Below, in pieces: positions 1-8,729 of a stretch of 36,795 nucleotides of DNA. Both the position numbers and the translations under genes were made by a program. The notes below the pieces were generated by a model, which was not told where the DNA came from, did no database searches, and worked only from the letters and a program-made list of their open reading frames with translations. Every line of letters begins with the position of its first letter. Positions within the stretch are counted from its first letter, which is position 1. Source of the stretch: Candidatus Hodarchaeota archaeon (GTDB taxonomy: Archaea > Asgardarchaeota > Heimdallarchaeia > Hodarchaeales > Hodarchaeaceae); the NCBI GenBank assembly GCA_016839815.1, contig JAEOTM010000131.1, forward strand, positions 1-36,795, given 5' to 3'.

Positions 1-1
1 C

Positions 2-259
2 TGTATACTGTGCTGATCCTGATACTCCACTTCCACCTAGGTAATAGACTCCGGAATAGCTCGTTCCTGGGGGAATCGTATAATAATCCCAATCACCGTA
101 AGATGCAGGATACGATTCAGGGATATATGTATCTTCAACATCATCAACGGGGACAATTGGGGTTTGGTCAGCTTTTGCTACAACTGAAGAAAATGTCAGA
201 AGTGTGAGTATAAAGAGACAAAAACCAACCAGTTTAAGATTGAATGTTTTATTGATCAT
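2..259 (-). CDS. Secreted/surface protein, N-terminal part only (runs off window edge); not in ORF track
   Basis: Manual translation from ATG at 259: MINKTFNLKLVGFCLFILTLLTFSSVVAKA|DQTPIVPVDDVEDTYIPESYPASYGDWDYYTIPPGTSYSGVYYLGGSGVSGSAQYT..., no stop before position 1. Classical signal peptide (basic N, hydrophobic core, A-K-A site). Confidence 0.8.
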   Translation of the reverse strand, partial: MINKTFNLKLVGFCLFILTLLTFSSVVAKADQTPIVPVDDVEDTYIPESYPASYGDWDYYTIPPGTSYSGVYYLGGSGVSGSAQYT

Positions 260-371
260 TTTAATTTTCCTTCTTTTTACAAAATGATATGCTCGTTCAA
301 GTAATTCTGTTATATATAACTTAAGAAATAAAAAAATAGTATAGTCAGCCCTTCTTAACTAGATATCCCAA

Positions 372-412
372 AAAAGAGAGTATCTAAGATGTTTAGGTTG
401 TCTCTCTCTTTT
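372..412. terminator. Possible hairpin/terminator downstream of the 458..1927 gene
   Basis: aaaagagag (372-380) is the reverse complement of ctctctttt (404-412). Long loop and low complexity. Confidence 0.25.
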
Positions 413-457
413 AGTCATATATTGAAAAGATGAGGCATCGATTGTACATTCTAACAG

Positions 458-1927
458 TTATAGTTTTCTTTTTTTACGTCTAAAAGAAATAATTAGCAGA
501 ACCATTATAATAATTGAGAATTCATAACTGTTACCAGCTCCGTCTGCAGGTTCGTATGAAGTAGGCTCTTCTGTTGTTGGTTTTTCCAGTTTAAGAAACT
601 CTTCAAAGGCGAGAAGTAAGTGAACATGATCGGTAAGAAATTGATTTTCTGAATCTTCATTAGATGTAAAATAGCTAGAATCTTCTGAACCGAAGTTCGA
701 TCTTACCATATGAATGGAAAAATCGGCAAAATTTCTTTTATCTTGAAGAATGTTCGCTCTGATATAAAATATTTGATCTCTTAACGTTTTTCGTGAAGAT
801 AACATATCGGAAGTTTCATTGTAACTGGATGCGATACTCCAATCTTGTCGAAGAAATACATCAGTTAAAAAATTGTTTAGCCTGTTTGTTAAAGTCTCTA
901 AAATAGAATATGGACCTAGAAGGGACTTTAATTTATCTAAAACTAAGATCATGTTGGCCTGGTGATGAGAGTGGTAGATTTCGGAAAGATTTGTAAGTGT
1001 TTTTTCAAATGATTTAGGAAGACCGTCGACTGAATTAGTAATAACTGTTAGAGTTTCTAGTACCTGAGTTGCCAGCTGATTTGTATGACTAAGGTTGAAC
1101 AGAGCTGGAAAATTAGATGTTTTAGCTAACACTTGACAAAATATAATTTGATCTTCCATTTCAATGAGGGTATCATTATTAGGATCCATTGTTCCAGTTT
1201 CGTTATTATAAACTGATGTCACATTTCTCCATAATTGTTTCGCTCTATTTTGGTAGATTTCAAGATTGGTAGCATTACTTAGGATTGGATTTGGTGAATA
1301 AGCTAGTAGTGTTCGAAGTGTGAGTAGTTGGAAATGAATATTCTCTGACAAGTATGAAGTCTTATTCCACAGGGTATAGGTTTCAAAGACAAGACTTCTC
1401 CCTAAATCCCACCATTCTGAGCTTGTATCAAATTGATTCAAGATCCACACTAGTTCAAACAATTCTAAATCAGTTATTGTGAGCGAGCGATTGATTGTCC
1501 CATTAACTATCATTGGGTTAATTAAGGAACGATTTGGGGCAATCATTGTGCTTATCAATGTCTCTACATTAAGAATCGAATTTGTTATGTAAGTATCCGT
1601 GTCTAAAGGTTGAGTTGTTTCCATTTGGGTGGTTGTAGACATAGTCGTAGTTACCGTAGTAACCTCGGTTGTCGTAGTCTCATTAGTATTGTTATTACTT
1701 GTAGGGTTAAAATCAAGGATCGAACTTCCAAGCATTAGACTCGTGGAGATTATTATTAAGATCATTACCCCAATTAACCTTAACGGTAACGATCTTTTTG
1801 GTTTAAAAATTAATGGAGATTTCCCATTTTTCATTTGTGAGATTGATTTTCGACTCTGTCGGAGGTAATCATCCAGATCTTCTTGAGATGGAGCCTCAAA
1901 TCCCTTTTTACCCCGAATTTCACTCAT
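458..1927 (-). CDS. Membrane-anchored surface glycoprotein: N-terminal TM, Thr-rich linker, helical ectodomain, C-terminal sorting/anchor signal
   Basis: TM LIGVMILIIISTSLMLGSSIL after about 45 polar residues; TTTTEVTTVTTT linker; more than ten N-x-S/T sequons; C-terminus YEF + hydrophobic helix + RRKKRKL. Confidence 0.75.
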   Translation of the reverse strand: MSEIRGKKGFEAPSQEDLDDYLRQSRKSISQMKNGKSPLIFKPKRSLPLRLIGVMILIIISTSLMLGSSILDFNPTSNNNTNETTTTEVTTVTTTMSTTTQMETTQPLDTDTYITNSILNVETLISTMIAPNRSLINPMIVNGTINRSLTITDLELFELVWILNQFDTSSEWWDLGRSLVFETYTLWNKTSYLSENIHFQLLTLRTLLAYSPNPILSNATNLEIYQNRAKQLWRNVTSVYNNETGTMDPNNDTLIEMEDQIIFCQVLAKTSNFPALFNLSHTNQLATQVLETLTVITNSVDGLPKSFEKTLTNLSEIYHSHHQANMILVLDKLKSLLGPYSILETLTNRLNNFLTDVFLRQDWSIASSYNETSDMLSSRKTLRDQIFYIRANILQDKRNFADFSIHMVRSNFGSEDSSYFTSNEDSENQFLTDHVHLLLAFEEFLKLEKPTTEEPTSYEPADGAGNSYEFSIIIMVLLIISFRRKKRKL

Positions 1928-1949
1928 AATTCTACATCAGCCATAATTC

Positions 1950-2756
1950 TCATTCTTGAATTAACTTGGTACAAAACTCTTCGATTTCCATCGTAAATGG
2001 ATGATCTTTTTCATCAAGGACATAAATTCGCTCAGTTACAAAGGGGATTCGGGGGAAAGAATGCAGGAGCGGAATGGGAGTATTACTTTCCTCGAGGCAT
2101 TTGGTGATACCTAGTATGTTAACTTTGACAAAATTGACATCTAGTGGATTAGGAACGTGTGCTAAGTCTTCTATATGTTCCACTTGATTCATTATGGAGA
2201 ATAACTGTGCTCCTTCAAGTTTTGAATAACATTCTGATATAACTAACCTTAATCCAGAAATTTCTGACTTTACAGGTCGTGTGACAACCATAACTTTATC
2301 TGAAACAACTAGTGCATCTAACGAACGATATGTTATTCCTGGCATACAGTCAAAAATCAAATAATCGAATTTTTGGGAATTACAGTATCTTATAAACTCA
2401 AATAATTTAGCTAGAATCCTTCCTTCTCCATGTTGAGTTAATTTTGCACGAATTTTGGAATCTTTCTGTTGTAAGATTTCGATGTTAGAAAAAACACAAA
2501 AAAAGTTCTCTCTATCTGTTGAATTAACTATATTTTGTGGATTATGATCTCCAACGAGAAAGCCTGTAAATGATTTAGTTGCAGGAGTTATAGAAAATGT
2601 ACTTGAGGCAAATAAAGATTGGTGAGAAGGGGCTCGAAGATCAAAATCAACGAGACACACTTTTTTTCCCAATAAAGCCAGTTTTACAGCGGTGTTAACT
2701 GAGAGAACAGTTTTCCCGACTCCTCCTCTATAACTATGAAATGTAATTGTTTCCAT
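1950..2756 (-). CDS. MinD/ParA-family (SIMIBI) ATPase
   Basis: Deviant Walker A SYRGGVGKT, VCLVDFDL (switch I), YLIFDCMPG (Walker B/switch II), IMNQV. Confidence 0.9.
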   Translation of the reverse strand: METITFHSYRGGVGKTVLSVNTAVKLALLGKKVCLVDFDLRAPSHQSLFASSTFSITPATKSFTGFLVGDHNPQNIVNSTDRENFFCVFSNIEILQQKDSKIRAKLTQHGEGRILAKLFEFIRYCNSQKFDYLIFDCMPGITYRSLDALVVSDKVMVVTRPVKSEISGLRLVISECYSKLEGAQLFSIMNQVEHIEDLAHVPNPLDVNFVKVNILGITKCLEESNTPIPLLHSFPRIPFVTERIYVLDEKDHPFTMEIEEFCTKLIQE

Positions 2757-3200
2757 CTAACTATTCACTCCAACAATTCTATACCAGACTTCTGTAGCCC
2801 TGCTTTCCGCATCGATTTTTTCTCTCTTTTTCATTACAAATCCTTTTTGAGCGAGAAAATTGAGATACCGAGATTCTAATCCTCGACTTCGTGATGTCAT
2901 CTCTGCGATATCAGCACTTTTCACCCAGTCTTCTTTCTTCTGGATTGCTTTGTAGGTTCTAAATATTCCAGGCCGAGATTCTTGTAGATTAATTATTTCT
3001 AGACTAGAAGGCATCGTTGCTAGATCATCTAGTTCTGATTCGTTTGAATCAGGAGATAAAATAGTTTGGGTGCTAAGTGGGACGTTTGAAGAGGTAGCTA
3101 GGTAGGTATCAATAGATTGTAACTTCTGAGAAATCGTCTTCAATTCATTTAGAATTTGTGAAAGGATTTTCTTCAATTCTCTATCCTGTAATTCTGACAT
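2757..3200 (-). CDS. Winged-helix DNA-binding protein with N-terminal coiled coil
   Basis: Heptad LKKILSQILNELKTISQKL; C-terminal wHTH SADIAEMTSRSRGLESRYLNFLAQKGFV...VWYRI. Its stop codon directly abuts the ATPase ATG. Confidence 0.8.
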   Translation of the reverse strand: MSELQDRELKKILSQILNELKTISQKLQSIDTYLATSSNVPLSTQTILSPDSNESELDDLATMPSSLEIINLQESRPGIFRTYKAIQKKEDWVKSADIAEMTSRSRGLESRYLNFLAQKGFVMKKREKIDAESRATEVWYRIVGVNS

Positions 3201-3227
3201 TTTCCACAGATAGAATCAATGTAAACT

Positions 3228-3236
3228 GCTTAATAA
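3228..3236 (-). promoter_or_regulatory. Putative TATA box of the wHTH-ATPase operon (near-leaderless transcript)
   Basis: Minus strand TTTATTAAG about 28 nt upstream of ATG 3200. Confidence 0.5.
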
Positions 3237-3260
3237 ACGTTGCGCAATGTTGCACAACGT
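3237..3260. repeat. Palindromic tandem repeat, putative protein-binding site
   Basis: acgttgcgca-atgttgcaca-acgt: two 10-bp units aYgttgcRca. The 24-mer matches its own reverse complement at 20/24 positions. Confidence 0.65.
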
Positions 3261-3414
3261 AAATAAAATGGTCAATTCGATGAGTACTACCTATGAAATA
3301 TAATTCCTTTTTCTTTCCCACAGTTACTTCAGAAAAAATTCATCTCTCATCAATAATCTGCACTATTTAGAAGATCTTAAAAAAATTCTAACCTTAGACA
3401 TATGAATAATTGAG

Positions 3415-3435
3415 TCTTCACATTAATTGTGAAGA
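3415..3435. promoter_or_regulatory. Inverted repeat (putative operator) upstream of the 3477 gene
   Basis: tcttcaca-ttaat-tgtgaaga: perfect 8-bp arms, 5-bp spacer, just upstream of a TATA-like tttatgaa. Confidence 0.5.
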
Positions 3436-3476
3436 GAGTGCAAATTTCTTTATGAATAGGGCTTGGACGGATTCCA

Positions 3477-4355
3477 ATGGTTGTAATAAGTCAAATCTGG
3501 ATTCAACACTTGAATTGCACTCAAATAATCGGCCATTGTCATCTCAGGACGGGAAGTGAACTCGATCCATTTTTAGGAGGAAGTATGTTTACAGCTCTGG
3601 AGGCCACCCTCGCAGATATTGAACATGAGTTTAATTACACCATGAGTGGCTTTTATGGATATAGAATTCCTGAAATCGAGGGGATGGGACTCTTCACAGT
3701 TTCAAACAAAAACTTTAGGGTATATTTTCTGTGTGAGGGTCTGTATACGAAGGGCATTCCTTATTTAGCGGGAAAGGATATTTCTCTAAAGCTCAGTAAA
3801 TTATTTGATCATCTTCAGGACCAATCATATGCAAACTCCTGTACCTCTGCTCATCGTTTAGAGCAGGGCTCATACTGGTTCGATTTAATGTGTTCTGTTG
3901 GTTTTGGAGGAGAGATTTCCGTTGAAATGATTAATGAAATCTATCCTTTGAGAAGTGTAACGATACATACAAAATCCCATCTTCAAACAACCTTTACCAA
4001 AATTTTTCAACTGGAATCATCTTTATTAGGTTCATTAGGACATGGATGGAAGGAGAGGGACGATATGATTGCTTCAAAAATTGAAGGGATCTTTCGAGAA
4101 CCCGAGAGGAGTTATCAGTTTTACGAAACAATTTTCCGACAGATCAGAGAATTTATACCCTCTTTTGAACCAAATACTGTGATATTGACCTATCAACCAT
4201 CCTCAGATTCAGAATCAGAGAGCGCTTTAGTTGCGTTCTTAACTGCGAAAGGAGATTCTTTAGATATTAGATATTGCATTCCTGTGGTTAAAAGTTCTGG
4301 AATACATGGAACACCAACCAACCTCTTTTTACAGAATTTATTCCTTGAGTCTTAG
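3477..4355 (+). CDS. Hypothetical protein with divergent N-terminal longin-like domain
   Basis: ISQIWIQH..IIGH beta-hairpin then DPFLGGSMFTALEATLADI helix, resembling the Asgard longin pattern D..L.SG..TAL..F. Confidence 0.5.
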   Translation: MVVISQIWIQHLNCTQIIGHCHLRTGSELDPFLGGSMFTALEATLADIEHEFNYTMSGFYGYRIPEIEGMGLFTVSNKNFRVYFLCEGLYTKGIPYLAGKDISLKLSKLFDHLQDQSYANSCTSAHRLEQGSYWFDLMCSVGFGGEISVEMINEIYPLRSVTIHTKSHLQTTFTKIFQLESSLLGSLGHGWKERDDMIASKIEGIFREPERSYQFYETIFRQIREFIPSFEPNTVILTYQPSSDSESESALVAFLTAKGDSLDIRYCIPVVKSSGIHGTPTNLFLQNLFLES

Positions 4356-4372
4356 GAACGGAAATATCACAG

Positions 4373-5029
4373 TTATTTCTTGAGGAAGACCTGAAGGAGT
4401 GGGAGATAGTCTTTTAATTTATATTTGTAGCCTCTGCTCAAGGAAAGGTCGATAAAATCTTCAAAGTTGAAATCGTAAATAAAATCTCTAATATCTGAGC
4501 AGACGGAAAAATGATCTTCTTGATTTATTGAGGAAATCCATGGCGAGGAATACATTTCTTTGGGAATTAACAACGTAATTCTCGGTAAATCAACCAGAAC
4601 AGGAATAGATGTTTGCTTTTCAAACAGCTCAATTAATCGTATGACTGTTTCTTTAAGCTGCTCTTCTTTACTTCCTTTGATAGCTAGCACATTCATACAT
4701 TCAAGGTATGAGTAATAATCATCATATTCTCGTCCATGTTTAGAATGGAATTTCTGAACAATACCTTGTTCTTGAAGAAATTTGTATGCGATAATATGAA
4801 TAGTTAATTCTACTGAATGAGAATTAATGAGCTTTTCTAAATCAGTTGACCATCCAAATTGTTCAGTTACCCTTGTTTGAATATCTCTGTCAAATTCATA
4901 TCCATAGAAAGTTGTATACGGAGTTAACCACATATTAGAGTCATCTGATTTAATTTGGATATGATCCATATCGATAAAGCAAATTTTGAGCTTTTTTCGG
5001 ACATATTTGCCTTCTTTCATTGATTTCAC
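4373..5029 (-). CDS. Hypothetical cytoplasmic protein
   Basis: 218-aa ORF with normal composition; no recognised motif; start codon uncertain. Confidence 0.6.
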   Translation of the reverse strand: MKSMKEGKYVRKKLKICFIDMDHIQIKSDDSNMWLTPYTTFYGYEFDRDIQTRVTEQFGWSTDLEKLINSHSVELTIHIIAYKFLQEQGIVQKFHSKHGREYDDYYSYLECMNVLAIKGSKEEQLKETVIRLIELFEKQTSIPVLVDLPRITLLIPKEMYSSPWISSINQEDHFSVCSDIRDFIYDFNFEDFIDLSLSRGYKYKLKDYLPLLQVFLKK

Positions 5030-5190
5030 TTATTCATCAGACCAGTTTATTGACTTGACTCGTTCCTTCTTATTACTTGTTGCCAGAAAAATTAACTATT
5101 TATATATCAAACTGTAGAATTTTTACAGAACTATAACAGCTCTAGACAAAGTTTCTTGGTAAATGGACATATTAGAAGGTAATAATAATA

Positions 5191-6498
5191 ATGGAAGCAA
5201 GTGAATCAAAAATTTCGTCTTTAGAAGATCAAGGACATTCAAACACCACTACCAATCTGCCAGGATATATTGTAATATGGGTTGGGCAGTTAATTTCGCT
5301 TCTTGGCTCAGGTATCGTACAATTCGCCATAATATGGTGGTTAACTAATGAAACAGGTAGTACACTTATACTCGCAACTGCTACTTTTGTTGGATTAGTA
5401 CCAATGGTTTTAATTGGCCCATTTTCTGGAGTACTCGCCGATCGTTGGAATCGGAAGAAAATAATGCTAGTGACTGACTTTTCTCAGGCCATTGCTACCC
5501 TAGGTTTGATCTTCCTGTTCTGGATAGAAGTAGTTGAGATATGGCACGTATTAGTTCTAATAGCAATACGTGGGACTTTTCAAGCATTTCAGATGCCTGC
5601 AAGTGTGTCTATTGTTCCTCAAATGGTTCCAAAAGATCAAATTAGTCGAATTAACGGTTTTGGACAATTTTTCAATAATTTCATATTCATTTTAAGTCCA
5701 ATTCTGGGAGCAATATTGCTAGAAATATCAACAATTAGTGTGATATTATGGATTGACGTTGTTACATTTTTAATTGCGTTTATTTTCTTGATTTTTGTTA
5801 CTATTCCCCCTATTATCAAGAAAGTAACAGATGGAATGGAAACGGATTCTCCCTCCTTCAGAACACAATTTTTCGAGACTTTCGATTACTTAAAAACCCA
5901 TGGGTGGTTACCTCTAATAATAGGATTTACATTCGGTAATATTTTAATCAATCCTCTTTTCAGCTTATTACCTCTTTACGTTAAAGACTTCCATCTAGGA
6001 GGAGCTTTTGAATTAGCATTAATTTTAGGTACGTTTCAAGCAGGGAGTTTACTTGGGTCGGTTGTGATAGCAATAAGGAACTTTAAGCCTAGAGTCAATA
6101 TTATTGTTGGTTCTACATTTTTAGCTTTTATTGGCTTACTAATAGTTTCATTAGCCCCTCCTGGAGTATTTGAGATAATACTCATAGGGAGCCTTATCGT
6201 TGGATTTTCTGTAGCAATGATTGATGTGGGAATAATATCCCTTCTACAGATTACAATCCCTCCAGAATTACAAGGACGTATTTTTTCAGTAACTTTTACG
6301 TTAGTTAAATCGATATTACCAGTAGCCCTATTGTTTGTTGGAGGGATTGCCGAATTCATTGAACTTCAAGTAATCTACATAATTTCCCCTTTACTAGGAA
6401 TATTGCTGGTTGGTTATCTAGTCTTTATTGCTAATGTATCTGCTCTTGATACAAAATTCACAGAACCCGAAGAAGTTACGACAACAGCGCTGATTTAA
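5191..6498 (+). CDS. MFS efflux transporter (DHA3/MefA-like)
   Basis: About 12 TM; WVGQLISLLGS; motif A GVLADRWNRKKIM; IPPELQGRIFS. Confidence 0.92.
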   Translation: MEASESKISSLEDQGHSNTTTNLPGYIVIWVGQLISLLGSGIVQFAIIWWLTNETGSTLILATATFVGLVPMVLIGPFSGVLADRWNRKKIMLVTDFSQAIATLGLIFLFWIEVVEIWHVLVLIAIRGTFQAFQMPASVSIVPQMVPKDQISRINGFGQFFNNFIFILSPILGAILLEISTISVILWIDVVTFLIAFIFLIFVTIPPIIKKVTDGMETDSPSFRTQFFETFDYLKTHGWLPLIIGFTFGNILINPLFSLLPLYVKDFHLGGAFELALILGTFQAGSLLGSVVIAIRNFKPRVNIIVGSTFLAFIGLLIVSLAPPGVFEIILIGSLIVGFSVAMIDVGIISLLQITIPPELQGRIFSVTFTLVKSILPVALLFVGGIAEFIELQVIYIISPLLGILLVGYLVFIANVSALDTKFTEPEEVTTTALI

Positions 6499-6622
6499 TA
6501 CAAATTCTAATCTCTAGAACTCATTTTAAAAATCTGAGATTAGAAATTACATTTATTTAACTCGAGAGGTAAGGGGAACACTATTGATTCTTCAATTAAT
6601 CCATGTACCCAGAGATTTGTAA

Positions 6623-7543
6623 ATGCCTTCAGACCTTTCTTATGAATTTATCCGACGATTAGTTAAATTTAGTGCTAGAATCGGATATCGATTAGAGGTT
6701 AAAGGAAGTGAAAATCTTGCAAATCATTTGGATGGATTGGGTGACGGTGTTATATTTGCAGCAAACCATGAAAGTGTCATCGATGCATTCTTAATGGGAT
6801 TAATTGTTCCTTCTGAAATTTCACGTGTTTTTTTCTTAGGCAAACAGTCGGCACTTTGGAGAAATCGAATTTGGGGAACAATGATGGATTATTTTGGAGT
6901 GATCCCTGTACAAAAGAGAAATAACGATGAAGCAATACGTAGAGGTTTAGAAGTCCTACATCGAAATCAAGCACTTGGGATATTCCCAGAGGGACATATC
7001 AGATATTCTCGTAAGAGTCTTGATGGAAAGGTTGGAGTTGCAAGATTTGCTTTTGAAACAGAGTCCCCAGTTGTACCTGTTGGAATTGTAGGAACAGATG
7101 GGATTCTCCCCTACGGAGCAGGAAATTGGCCTTCTGTAGGGAAAAAAGTTACCCTGACAGTAGGAGAACCAATCTACTTATCATATGATTTTGATAAATC
7201 TGATATTTACAGTTTAGGAGCATTGAGGCAAGCTACTGATCTTGTTATGTATAATATCCGTCATCTTAGCTCTGGGTATGGGATAAATCCCCATGACGCT
7301 TCAAACCTAAAAAGTATGAGGGGCGTAGATAAAATCCTAATTCCACGTAGACGAATGCAAATTCTTCGTTCTCAACAATTACTACAGAAACAGAAGAAAG
7401 ACGTTGTAGACCACTTCACAGAATGGATGACTACCCTGTCAGACGACTGGGAAAGAAATCCAGCCAACGAGGAAATTAGTACACCATTGCCGAAAAAAGC
7501 TGCAAGTGATGAATTCTTAGAATGGTTGAATGATCAGTTATAA
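6623..7543 (+). CDS. plsC: PlsC-family lysophospholipid acyltransferase with C-terminal extension
   Basis: Catalytic NHESVID (HX4D), block II GVIPVQK, block III IFPEGH, block IV PVVPVGIVG. Confidence 0.88.
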   Translation: MPSDLSYEFIRRLVKFSARIGYRLEVKGSENLANHLDGLGDGVIFAANHESVIDAFLMGLIVPSEISRVFFLGKQSALWRNRIWGTMMDYFGVIPVQKRNNDEAIRRGLEVLHRNQALGIFPEGHIRYSRKSLDGKVGVARFAFETESPVVPVGIVGTDGILPYGAGNWPSVGKKVTLTVGEPIYLSYDFDKSDIYSLGALRQATDLVMYNIRHLSSGYGINPHDASNLKSMRGVDKILIPRRRMQILRSQQLLQKQKKDVVDHFTEWMTTLSDDWERNPANEEISTPLPKKAASDEFLEWLNDQL

Positions 7544-7561
7544 GAAAAGACACTCGTCTCC

Positions 7562-8620
7562 TTAGACTGAAGAATTGAATTGTTTATCTATTTGACCAAT
7601 GAGTGATCTAAACCAGGCAAGAAGAGTTAAATGTCCTCCTGGGTATCTATATAGTTGTTTTCCTAGCATTTTAGCTAGTTTCCAAACTAAATTGAAGGGT
7701 ACTATACGATCGTATAATCCCCCAATGATGGTGGTATTTTCATTAGTTGTATACGGATAAAAATACTTTAAATTAGTGGAGTAGAGTATTTTATAGTAAG
7801 AAGTTAAACCCTGCTCTTTATGTTGTTGAATATAATTATTGGCGATAGGGACGATATTAGATTTCGAAGCAAGACTGAAAAGAAAAGGACTTGCCAGAGC
7901 AGCTATACAATCTATATCTGTTACAAATTGTGTGGATAATGCAACAAGATGGCCGCCAAGAGAAACACCAAAAAGAATCACTCTGTCATATTTGTTCTTT
8001 AAATAATTTATTAGAAACTGTATCTCAATAACGGATTGACGAAATGCTTCAAACATACGAACTGGATTACCATTAAGGAAATAAGCTCCTGAAAAGGGTG
8101 AATCATATGGTACTCTATGGTGGTGATAAGGTAATTCTAGGGCGAATATATCACTTTTAAATTGGTTATATGCTAATCGGAAGTACATTTGTTCATGAAA
8201 AATAAAGTGTGATTCCGCATAACCATGAATGAAGAGAAAAGCCGTTGAGTGTTCTTTTCCTTTCTTTTGATATCTGTGAATGACTAATTGTTTAATTGGG
8301 TCGAACTTAGAATCAGTAAAAATAGCTTCCGAAATTGGTTTGTAGGGAGTATAGGCTGAACCAATAGATTCACAAAACAATCCTCGATCTACGCCCTTCT
8401 TCCAAAGAATCCTCCTCTTAGCTTTACTATCCAGAGAAAAAAGACTCCTCGGTTTTTTTTCATGGAGATAAAGATACTTCTGAATGAGGTTATCTGTTAG
8501 AAGCAAATCTTCTAGATACCCATTGTTCCGATATTGAAAATAGTTAATTACAGGATACTCAAGCAAGTCGGAAGGAACGACATGTAATGTCCTAACTAAC
8601 TGCCTGATTTTGGTATTCAT
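7562..8620 (-). CDS. Alpha/beta hydrolase (lipase/esterase-like, possibly ABHD18/DUF2048-like)
   Basis: FIHGY oxyanion region, GVSLGG nucleophile elbow, YDRIVP acid, GGH catalytic His. Confidence 0.85.
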   Translation of the reverse strand: MNTKIRQLVRTLHVVPSDLLEYPVINYFQYRNNGYLEDLLLTDNLIQKYLYLHEKKPRSLFSLDSKAKRRILWKKGVDRGLFCESIGSAYTPYKPISEAIFTDSKFDPIKQLVIHRYQKKGKEHSTAFLFIHGYAESHFIFHEQMYFRLAYNQFKSDIFALELPYHHHRVPYDSPFSGAYFLNGNPVRMFEAFRQSVIEIQFLINYLKNKYDRVILFGVSLGGHLVALSTQFVTDIDCIAALASPFLFSLASKSNIVPIANNYIQQHKEQGLTSYYKILYSTNLKYFYPYTTNENTTIIGGLYDRIVPFNLVWKLAKMLGKQLYRYPGGHLTLLAWFRSLIGQIDKQFNSSV

Positions 8621-8729
8621 AAAGCTCTGCCCCTATTTATATTTACCAATCTTGAGACATGTAAACTTAAAAAACTACCATATTTAGGTAAGAATATCCC
8701 TAATTGGTTAAATCAAACCTAGAAAATCC

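Noticed and set aside
10-207. 65-aa plus-strand ORF
   Set aside because: Antisense shadow of a better minus-strand frame that has a signal peptide.
5191-6498. Calling the MFS transporter mefA / a macrolide-resistance gene
   Set aside because: Family resemblance only; substrate cannot be inferred.
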